A stretch of 64,000 nt of DNA from IMG/VR virus record IMGVR_UViG_2791355391_000001, positions 182-64,181 of that record, one strand, 5' to 3'. The notes under the pieces were generated by a model, which had not been told where the DNA came from, ran no database searches, and worked only from the letters and a program-made list of their open reading frames with translations. The position numbers and the translations under genes were made by a program. Below are positions 56,135-64,000 of this stretch, piece after piece (the first letter of the stretch is position 1; each line of letters opens with the position of its first letter). This stretch comes from a virus (lineage: Duplodnaviria; Caudoviricetes).

Positions 56135-56137
56135 CAT
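55907..56137 (-). CDS. Small zinc-ribbon protein
   Basis: CPDCG and CANCG pairs, AAGGA RBS. Confidence 0.7.
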   Translation of the reverse strand: MSKLTTMKVACPDCGSEMLKRPDDFDFDTNFVGVSCANCGREITKDDVVKQGTDVVKKQVDDILRDAFKGTGWKLK

Positions 56138-56224
56138 TTTTATTTCCTTGCTGGCTGTGTGAGAACTACCAGCATACCACCGAGCCTGAAGTGGTTAAAA
56201 GACAGGCATAAATGAGGTGTTGAA

Positions 56225-56320
56225 ATGAGTAAGCAAGGCATCCGAGCCATGGTCATTTCGGCAGTTATTGGGCTCTTCATCTGGATCGCGCTCTTCTGCG
56301 CGCTGTGGGAGATTCTCTAA
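56225..56320 (+). CDS. 31-aa membrane peptide (not in ORF track)
   Basis: GAGGT RBS; MSKQGIRAMVISAVIGLFIWIALFCALWEIL*. Confidence 0.55.
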   Translation: MSKQGIRAMVISAVIGLFIWIALFCALWEIL

Positions 56321-56459
56321 TGGTTAAAAAATATAGGGATGTGCAGGTTATAGACCTGCTTTGTATTTATGAGGTTCAGGGAGAAGAAACTCCATGTGAC
56401 GCTGACAATCAGGAAGTCGTCATTGAATCAGCAACCTACGAATGGTTAACAGGTACTTT

Positions 56460-56654
56460 ATGACTGGAAGCCTATTCGCCTTGGTTCTCACCGTCAGCAT
56501 GCTGACGGGCGGTAATCAGGATGTCCTGCTCGGCGTTTACGACACTGAGAATGACTGCAAGGCAGCTGCAGAAGAGCAACACGTGAAAGCTGAATGTTAT
56601 CCGCTGAAAGGTGTACTGGACGAGCATCCGGCCGGGTTCACGGTGCAAATGTAG
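56460..56654 (+). CDS. DUF1482-like protein
   Basis: LFALVLTV, GVYDTENDC, ECYPL. Confidence 0.7.
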   Translation: MTGSLFALVLTVSMLTGGNQDVLLGVYDTENDCKAAAEEQHVKAECYPLKGVLDEHPAGFTVQM

Positions 56655-56662
56655 GGGGAAGA

Positions 56663-56818
56663 ATGCAGAAGAAATGCGGTTACTGCCGCAAAGCAATCGA
56701 GGGAAAACCAGTGGTAAGCACCCTGTTGTACCTCCAGGGGAACCAGCTCGCACGGAAAGAAAAAGAGTACTGCTCTGAACGCTCCGCCTCTTACGACCAG
56801 ATGGCGCACGAGAGCTAA
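56663..56818 (+). CDS. YdaE-like zinc-binding protein
   Basis: KKCGYC...YCSERSASYDQMAHE. Confidence 0.7.
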   Translation: MQKKCGYCRKAIEGKPVVSTLLYLQGNQLARKEKEYCSERSASYDQMAHES

Positions 56819-56955
56819 CGTAAACCCGCCGAAGCGGGCTGTACGTCCGGTGCCACCGACCAAAGTTACACCGGAAATTACCAAAACCAATGACAACCCT
56901 GAATGGGCGCTACCAATGGCCCGGGGGATTCTACATCCAAAATAGAGGCTATCAC

Positions 56956-59900
56956 ATGGAATATTTTTATCTGATAAAAGCAACTCAAAAATCGGGTAAA
57001 GCTGATGCCGTAATCTGGCGTACCAATAAATCAGAAGCTCGCGCCCTTCTGCAACTGGACGTCGATCTGGAAGACGCCGGGATCGAAACAGGCCGCGGCA
57101 AAGACTATCAAAAACCAATTCGCACCGATTTCCCGGTATTCAATGACCTGCCGGCGGAGGGTGTTCTCGATTACTCATGGTGCGAACGCTACCAGCTCGG
57201 CGACGATGGCCGCACCTGGGCTCTGAAGCCAGGTCAGGCGCCTGCGGATCATCACATCGATGATGCCGGAATATCCGCTGAGCCCGTTAGTGGCGAGCTG
57301 GTTGATGCCAATACTACTGGTGACGCGGCACAAGGTGAGACCGTGGAAACTTTCGGTAGCGATGAATACCAGAACGATTCAAGCGCGCTTTTTAACGTGG
57401 CAGAACTCCCCTTTCGCACTCAGTTGCTGGCGCAGTATATGGCCGAAGAACGCCACGTTTATCATATCAGCATGCCTCACTGGCAGGAGCTGTCAGTTCT
57501 TGAAATGGACACTGATAACGCAGCCGTGCAGGATCTGATTCTGGCCGCCGAGAATATCCCTGAAATCAAAAAATACGATATGCCGGCGCTCTGGAAATTC
57601 ACCAGTGCCAATAAAAAAGTCTTCCCCGAAGGGAAACGGCATGAGCTTGGCAAGCGTATCCAGTTTGCAAAGCTGTGGTTTGCCACGAACGCGCTCGACC
57701 GCGGTATTCTCACCAGGGAATGGGCCGCCGGTAACTGCATTTCTTCGGTTTTGAAAACCGATGCAGGTACGAATGCTGTCGGCGGTAATAAAACCGATCG
57801 CAACCCTGACTACACCCATACCCTTGATACGCTCGATGTAGAAATAGCCCTGGCCACAATGCCAATGGATTTCGATATCTACAATTTCCCGGCATCAATT
57901 CACCGCCGGGCCAAAGAGATCGTTCAGAAGAAAGAAAGTCCGTTCAAGGAATGGTCTGCAGCGCTGCGCAAGGTCGCAGGCATCCTGGATTATTCACGCG
58001 CAGCCATTTTTGCCCTTATTCGTGGCGCCACCAGCGATATTCATCATTTTCCGGTAAGTCTGCAGACCTACATCAATGCGAACCTGACCGAGCATAAGCA
58101 TGACACCCCTTCTGCTGAGACGCTTGAGAAAGCTGGTCATGTTTCATCTGCCGCCGTCACTCTGGACGCTGTGAAAAAGGCTATCGATGGAGATGAAGGT
58201 GTGCCTGACCTGGAAACTCTCCCAACTGACTTTCAGGTAATTGGCACCGAACTGGTGAAAGAAGATCAAAAGAAACGCCCTGACGCTAATCAGGTTCTGG
58301 CCGCCGAACGTGGCGAATATGTCGAAGGTATCAGTGACCCCACGGATCCGAAGTGGATAACCGAAGACCTTACCAAACCCAGAGCCCCGGAAATTGCAAA
58401 TCTCGGCGGCGGAATGTTTTCAATTGAAGGCCTTATGACTTCACCGGCTACTAATGCCACCGAAGAAGGAACCACCAGCAATGTGCAGATGGAAACGGCT
58501 CAGCCGGTCGAAGACGAAAATGATAATACGGTATCAGCAGGCGAAGGCGCTGATGAGCCTCCTGCGCAAACAACTGCCGTGAACATGAGCAAAATACTGG
58601 CTGAACGCTGCCCGGATCTTACCTCCGAAGTGCTGAAAAGCCAGGTTTCCGAGAGTGCTCATAGCGATGAAGAGGAAGTGGCTGAACAAGCAGCGCCAGC
58701 ATGGCCGGAGTATTTCGAGCCTGGTCGATATGAAGGCGTGCCAAATGAGATCTACCACGCCGCTAACGGTATCAGCTCCACGATGGTTAAAGATGCACGG
58801 GTATCGCTGATGTATTTCGAGGCGCGCCACGTATCCAAAACCATCCAGAAGGTACGCTCCCCTGTTCTGGATATGGGAAATCTGGTGCATGCACTGGCGC
58901 TGCAGCCTGATCAGCTGGAAAAAGAATTCAGCATCGAGCCGGAAATCCCGGAAGGCGCCTTCACCACGACTGCGACGATCCGCGCGTTTATCGACGAATA
59001 CAACAACGGGCTACCGCCGCTGTTGAGTGCTGACGACATCAAGGCGCTGCTGGAGGCGCACAACGCCAGCCTGATCACCCCCCTCAGCACCGATGAGATC
59101 AAAGCACTCATTGAAGAACACAACGCTAGTCTGCCAGCGCAGACCGCTCTGGGGAACGATATCAACGAAACAGGACAGAGCTACATGTCTCTGCCAGTTG
59201 ATTTCCAGCGCATTGAAGAAGGCCAGAAACAGACCGCATCTGCAATGAAAGCCTGTATCAAGGAATTCAACGCCACCCTGCCGCCACAGCTCAAAACCAG
59301 TGGCAGCCGGGAAACGCTGATGGAAACTCTGGCAATCATTAATCCGGATCTGGTTGCTCAGGAAATGCAGAAGCCCTCACCAGTTAAAACCAGCGGAAGT
59401 CGTGATGCCATGCTGGAGCAACTGGCGATTATCAATCCTGACATGGTTGCTCAGGAAGCGCAGAAGGCGCAGCCGCTGAAAGTATCAGGTACTAAGGCGG
59501 ATCTGATTCAGGCCGTGAAATCGGTTAAACCGGATGCCGTGTTTGCCGATGAGTTGCTGGATGCATGGCGCGAAAACCCTGAAGGAAAAGTGCTGGTTAC
59601 CCGCCAGCAACTGGCTACGGCACTGGCCATTCAGAAAGCACTGTTGAATCACCCGACCGCTGGCAAGTTGTTGACGCACCCGAGCCGTGCCGTGGAGGTG
59701 AGCTATTTCGGCATTGATGAGGAAACCGGGCTGGAAGTTCGCGTGCGTCCTGACCTTGAGATAGACATGGGCGGCCTGCGCATCGGAGCGGACCTGAAAA
59801 CCATCAGTATGTGGAACATCAAGCAGGAAGGCCTGCGCGCGAAGCTGCACAGGGAAATTATCGACCGCGACTACCACCTGAGCGCAGCAATGTACTGCGA

Positions 59901-60147
59901 TGTCGCCGCACTCGATCAGTTCTACTGGATTTTCGTCAACAAAGACGAGAACTACCACTGGATCGCCATCATCGAGGCATCCGAAGAACTGCTGGAACTC
60001 GGCATGCTGGAATACCGCAAAGCTATGCGCGCCATTGCGAACGGTTTCGACACTGGCGACTGGCCGGCGCCGATTACCGAAGACTACGCCGACGAGCTCA
60101 ACGATTTTGATGTGCGCCGCCTCGAAGCGCTGCGCGTACAGGCATAA
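56956..60147 (+). CDS. recE: RecE-like exodeoxyribonuclease VIII
   Basis: YHAANGISST, GNLVHALAL, RVRPD, ADLKT, YHLSAAMY; start MEYFYLIKA. Confidence 0.9.
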   Translation: MEYFYLIKATQKSGKADAVIWRTNKSEARALLQLDVDLEDAGIETGRGKDYQKPIRTDFPVFNDLPAEGVLDYSWCERYQLGDDGRTWALKPGQAPADHHIDDAGISAEPVSGELVDANTTGDAAQGETVETFGSDEYQNDSSALFNVAELPFRTQLLAQYMAEERHVYHISMPHWQELSVLEMDTDNAAVQDLILAAENIPEIKKYDMPALWKFTSANKKVFPEGKRHELGKRIQFAKLWFATNALDRGILTREWAAGNCISSVLKTDAGTNAVGGNKTDRNPDYTHTLDTLDVEIALATMPMDFDIYNFPASIHRRAKEIVQKKESPFKEWSAALRKVAGILDYSRAAIFALIRGATSDIHHFPVSLQTYINANLTEHKHDTPSAETLEKAGHVSSAAVTLDAVKKAIDGDEGVPDLETLPTDFQVIGTELVKEDQKKRPDANQVLAAERGEYVEGISDPTDPKWITEDLTKPRAPEIANLGGGMFSIEGLMTSPATNATEEGTTSNVQMETAQPVEDENDNTVSAGEGADEPPAQTTAVNMSKILAERCPDLTSEVLKSQVSESAHSDEEEVAEQAAPAWPEYFEPGRYEGVPNEIYHAANGISSTMVKDARVSLMYFEARHVSKTIQKVRSPVLDMGNLVHALALQPDQLEKEFSIEPEIPEGAFTTTATIRAFIDEYNNGLPPLLSADDIKALLEAHNASLITPLSTDEIKALIEEHNASLPAQTALGNDINETGQSYMSLPVDFQRIEEGQKQTASAMKACIKEFNATLPPQLKTSGSRETLMETLAIINPDLVAQEMQKPSPVKTSGSRDAMLEQLAIINPDMVAQEAQKAQPLKVSGTKADLIQAVKSVKPDAVFADELLDAWRENPEGKVLVTRQQLATALAIQKALLNHPTAGKLLTHPSRAVEVSYFGIDEETGLEVRVRPDLEIDMGGLRIGADLKTISMWNIKQEGLRAKLHREIIDRDYHLSAAMYCDVAALDQFYWIFVNKDENYHWIAIIEASEELLELGMLEYRKAMRAIANGFDTGDWPAPITEDYADELNDFDVRRLEALRVQA

Positions 60148-60160
60148 GGGGGGAATAACA

Positions 60161-61249
60161 ATGTCCAATTTAGTCGCAACTACTGAAAACCAGACCCAGA
60201 AGATCGACAACGTTTCTATCCTGACGAACGGTGAATTATTCAACCGCCTGCGCACGCTCTCGGAAGTAATGGCCAATAGTGGAAACTTCGTGCCTGAGCA
60301 TTATCGTGGGAAACCAGATGCGTGCATGGCTGTTGTGATGCAGGCCGCACGCTGGGGAATGGATCCTTTTGCTGTAGCACAAAAGACTTTCATCGTTGGT
60401 AATTCAGGTGTGCTTGGTTATGAAGCGCAACTGGTTAACGCAGTGATAAATACCATGGCTCCGACAAAAGACCGTATTCACTTTGAATGGTTTGGGGCAT
60501 GGGAAAACATCGTTGGACGCTTCGTGGAGAAGACAAGCAGCCAGAACAAAAAGTACATCGCACCGGGATGGAATTTGAAAGATGAAGCTGGCGTGGGCGT
60601 TCGCGCCTGGGCAACCCTCAAAGGAGAATCAGAACCTCGCGAGCTTGTGCTGATGCTTTCTCAGGCACAAGTCCGCAACTCTACACTGTGGGCGAGTGAC
60701 CCCCGCCAGCAACTGGCCTATCTTGCCGTTAAACGTTGGGCGCGACTGTACTGCCCGGATGTGATCCTCGGGGTCTATACCGCCGATGAAATTGACGAAC
60801 GCGAAGAAAGGGTTATCAACCCGGCGCAGACAGAAAAAGTCACGCTGAATGAGATAACACACTCCGTTGGCGATTCCACCAGCACGCAAGAGCCTGCATC
60901 TAACGTCGACTCTGTTGCTGACGAACTCCGAGACCGGATTGATACAGCTGACTCAGTGGATCAGGCAAAAGCCATTCGTGCAGACATCGAATCACAGAAA
61001 GCTCTGCTGGGTACTGCCTTGTATACCGAACTTAAGAATAAGGCGGTGAAGCGCTACTACCTTGTTGATGCGAAGAACAAAGTTGAGGCCGCCATAAATT
61101 CACTCCCTAACCCTGGGGATCCGGAAGCCGAAGCGTTATTCGCAAAGGCAGAAAGCACCCTGACCTCAGCACGCCGCCACCTCGGTGATGAACTGTATGA
61201 CCAGTTCCGCATCACCCTGGACGACATGAAACCGGAATACGTGGGCTAA
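60161..61249 (+). CDS. recT: RecT-family ssDNA annealing protein
   Basis: WGMDPFAVAQKT, DPRQQLAY..WARLYCPDVILGVY. Confidence 0.85.
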   Translation: MSNLVATTENQTQKIDNVSILTNGELFNRLRTLSEVMANSGNFVPEHYRGKPDACMAVVMQAARWGMDPFAVAQKTFIVGNSGVLGYEAQLVNAVINTMAPTKDRIHFEWFGAWENIVGRFVEKTSSQNKKYIAPGWNLKDEAGVGVRAWATLKGESEPRELVLMLSQAQVRNSTLWASDPRQQLAYLAVKRWARLYCPDVILGVYTADEIDEREERVINPAQTEKVTLNEITHSVGDSTSTQEPASNVDSVADELRDRIDTADSVDQAKAIRADIESQKALLGTALYTELKNKAVKRYYLVDAKNKVEAAINSLPNPGDPEAEALFAKAESTLTSARRHLGDELYDQFRITLDDMKPEYVG

Positions 61250-61283
61250 GGGAGGCGGGAGGGCTCGCCCTCCCGGTAACGAT

Positions 61284-61931
61284 ATGACGAAAATTACTGA
61301 ACGCGGAATGATTTTTAACGCTGAGATGGTGCGGGCCATCCTTGACGGCCGGAAGACGCAGACCCGGCGACCTATCAAATGGAAACAGACTCGGTTCACT
61401 GAAATTGGTGAGCGTGAAGACGGTAGCAAATGGCCGTGGAGCGAAGATGCAGAGCATGCTTTCGATTTCTGGCATCCATGTCCGTTCGGTTCCGTCGGCG
61501 ATCGTATCTGGGTGCGAGAGACGTTTCAGGGGCCGCTATTCGATTTCGACCTTATGGATAGCTATTGCAAAGACTCAACTCCTTTTGAGAAGTCAGAGTT
61601 TTGTGTTTACAAGGCTGACGGCGTGCCTGCGCCAGAGTTTTACGATGCAGATGATGAACTGCATAGCTGCTGGCGACCATCTATCCATATGCCGCGCTGG
61701 GCCAGCCGCATTCTGCTGGAAATCACCGACGTGCGGGTTGAACGGTTGAAGAGTATTAGTGATCGCGATGCGCTACGCGAAGGGTGCAGTGCCGCCGACA
61801 TGAAGAGTGGCGACTGTGTAGCTGATGTATTCGCGCGCCTGTGGGCATCAATCTACGGTTCAGATAGTTGGAATGCCAACCCCTGGGTTTGGGTTATCGA
61901 GTTCAAGCGCGTTGAAGGCGGTGCAGCATGA
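61284..61931 (+). CDS. Conserved phage protein, ASCH/PUA-like
   Basis: MVRAILDGRKTQTRR, WRPSIHMPRWASRI, NPWVWVIEF. Confidence 0.75.
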   Translation: MTKITERGMIFNAEMVRAILDGRKTQTRRPIKWKQTRFTEIGEREDGSKWPWSEDAEHAFDFWHPCPFGSVGDRIWVRETFQGPLFDFDLMDSYCKDSTPFEKSEFCVYKADGVPAPEFYDADDELHSCWRPSIHMPRWASRILLEITDVRVERLKSISDRDALREGCSAADMKSGDCVADVFARLWASIYGSDSWNANPWVWVIEFKRVEGGAA

Positions 61932-62236
61932 GTCTTAAACATCAATTACCCGAGCTGGAAGCCAGCATCGACCCGGCAGCATTGCGCGCAGCCGCCGACG
62001 AATATTCGGATCTGCTTCTGACATTGTGCTTGTGCATGAAGATGGCCGGCCCCACCCGGGCGAACGTGCGTGCCTGCGCCACCGAGCTTAAAAAACGCCT
62101 GACAACCTGGCACAGCCAGAAAGAACTTAATGCAATCCTGTCCTGTTGGGATCCCGTTGGCTATGTTCTCGGCCTCCGCCGGGAAGCGAACGACAACGCG
62201 CGCGCAGCTGGCGATCCAGTTGATGTTTTTGTGTGA
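61928..62236 (+). CDS. Hypothetical phage protein
   Basis: 102 aa, ATGA-coupled. Confidence 0.65.
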   Translation: MSLKHQLPELEASIDPAALRAAADEYSDLLLTLCLCMKMAGPTRANVRACATELKKRLTTWHSQKELNAILSCWDPVGYVLGLRREANDNARAAGDPVDVFV

Positions 62237-62243
62237 GGTGAAT

Positions 62244-62483
62244 ATGCGACTGATTAACCGAAGCAAACAATCACCGCTGGGCCGCCAGGCCTGTGATGCG
62301 GCACTGGCTAAGCATGTTGAACGTTACGGCGATTACGGACGCAACCAAATGAAAGAGACATATACGGTGCAGATTGAAGGAGTAAAGGTCTGGGTGGAGG
62401 TGGTGAACAGAAAATCGAGTTACGTGGCCACAGCAATGATCGGCATGCGCCGACTGCGTTCCTTACCAGGGCAGGTAGCCTGA
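62244..62483 (+). CDS. DUF4060-like protein
   Basis: MRLINRSKQSPLGRQACDAAL, GAGGTG RBS. Confidence 0.65.
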   Translation: MRLINRSKQSPLGRQACDAALAKHVERYGDYGRNQMKETYTVQIEGVKVWVEVVNRKSSYVATAMIGMRRLRSLPGQVA

Positions 62484-62505
62484 TAACGAATTATCAATCC
62501 ACTGA

Positions 62506-62760
<255 letters not shown>

Positions 62761-62761
62761 A

Positions 62762-64000
62762 ATGGCAACACTACCTACAGGCGTAGAGATTCGTGGTAAC
62801 AGAATATGCGTCTGGTTTATGTATAAAGGTAAGCGCTGCCGTGAGGTGTTAAAGGGGTGGATTGTAAGCCCCTCAAATATAAAGAAAGCTGGAAATTTAA
62901 GAGCGGTAATTACCAGTGAAATAAGCATGGGGGAATTTGATTATGGTCGTCGATTCCCATCATCCAAAAAGGCGGTAGCGATTAACACCACGTTACAGGT
63001 GAGCACATTTCATGAACTGTGTGAACTATGGCTTAAAATTAAAGAAACTGAAATCAGCGCCAATACTCTAAAGAAAACAAAATCCCAGATTGATACAATA
63101 ATAAAAATCATGAACGGAAACACTATGCTCACTGCTATTGGATATAGTGACGTTCTTAATTGTAGAAACGAATTGCTAACAGGAGAAACCTTCTATTCAA
63201 AAAACAAGCGTAAAAATAAAAAAGGCAGAACAGTTTCGACTGTCAACAATTATGTTTCTTTACTGTGCTCAATTCTGAATTTTGCGTACATGTCGGGTTT
63301 TATCCAACATAAACCATTTGAGAGCGTAAAAAGCCTGCGTAAAACAAGGGTTAAGCCTGACCCACTTACAAGAGAGGAATTTGCAGCCCTCATGGCAAGT
63401 GAACGAGGCCAAAGCCAGAACATGTGGAAATTCGCCGTCTATTCTGGTGTGCGGCATGGTGAGCTGGCGGCTCTGGCATGGGAAGATGTCGATCTGGATA
63501 AGGGCGTGATACACGTTTGCCGGAATCTGACAGCAAACGGCATGTTCGGCCCACCAAAAACAGCGGCAGGAAACCGGACGATACAATTGCTCGGCCCTGC
63601 CCTGGACGCGCTGAAAGCGCAGCATGAACTGACAGCTGGACATCCGGTATCCACTATCACGTTTCACCACAGGGAATACGGCTCAAGCGAGGAACAGAAT
63701 TTGCGATTTGTTTTCATGCCGCGGAGACGAAAAGGCGAGCAAAAACCCTGCTACTCGCACAGCAGCATAGGCAGCAGATGGGAAGCTGCAGTAAAACGCG
63801 CTGGCATTCGCCGCAGGAATCCGTACCATACGCGGCATACTTTTGCCTGCTGGCTCCTGACGGCTGGCGCAAACCCGTCTTTTATAGCCAATCAGATGGG
63901 GCATGAAAACGCGCAAATGGTGTACGACGTTTATAGTACATGGATAGAAGAGATGAACGGCGACCAGGTTTCTATGTTGAATTCCCGGCTTGGGCTTTAA
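62762..64000 (+). CDS. int: Tyrosine integrase
   Basis: SGVRHGEL, YHTRHTFA, QMGH..MVYDVY catalytic motifs; stop at 64000. Confidence 0.97.
   Translation: MATLPTGVEIRGNRICVWFMYKGKRCREVLKGWIVSPSNIKKAGNLRAVITSEISMGEFDYGRRFPSSKKAVAINTTLQVSTFHELCELWLKIKETEISANTLKKTKSQIDTIIKIMNGNTMLTAIGYSDVLNCRNELLTGETFYSKNKRKNKKGRTVSTVNNYVSLLCSILNFAYMSGFIQHKPFESVKSLRKTRVKPDPLTREEFAALMASERGQSQNMWKFAVYSGVRHGELAALAWEDVDLDKGVIHVCRNLTANGMFGPPKTAAGNRTIQLLGPALDALKAQHELTAGHPVSTITFHHREYGSSEEQNLRFVFMPRRRKGEQKPCYSHSSIGSRWEAAVKRAGIRRRNPYHTRHTFACWLLTAGANPSFIANQMGHENAQMVYDVYSTWIEEMNGDQVSMLNSRLGL

Overview
Klebsiella-like chromosome. After a host uspF 3' end, almost the whole window is one apparently intact lambdoid (siphovirus-type) prophage integrated in the 5' end of ttcA, the same site used by E. 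coli Rac. The left junction is near 486-548 and the integrase ends at 64000, so the right att site is just outside the window. Left to right: SOS accessory genes (SRAP/YedK, umuDC), a serine invertase with a 6.8-kb invertible segment carrying two complete alternative receptor-binding modules, tail, head and terminase genes (minus strand), a moron-rich lysis region (Acb2-like gene, two copies of a structured RNA, holin and endolysin but no recognisable spanin), pR'/Q, a second accessory block (HEPN protein, GNAT, and a P2-derived portal-cos fragment enclosing a DGQHR + HEPN gene pair), replication, immunity (with a nucleotidyltransferase + partner pair in the rexAB position), RecET, Xis and Int. 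Best candidates for undescribed biology: the P2-hotspot-derived DGQHR/HEPN pair, the whole-gene RBP switch, the duplicated pseudoknotted RNA, and the NTase pair behind cI. All family calls are from motif recognition by eye; no searches were run.
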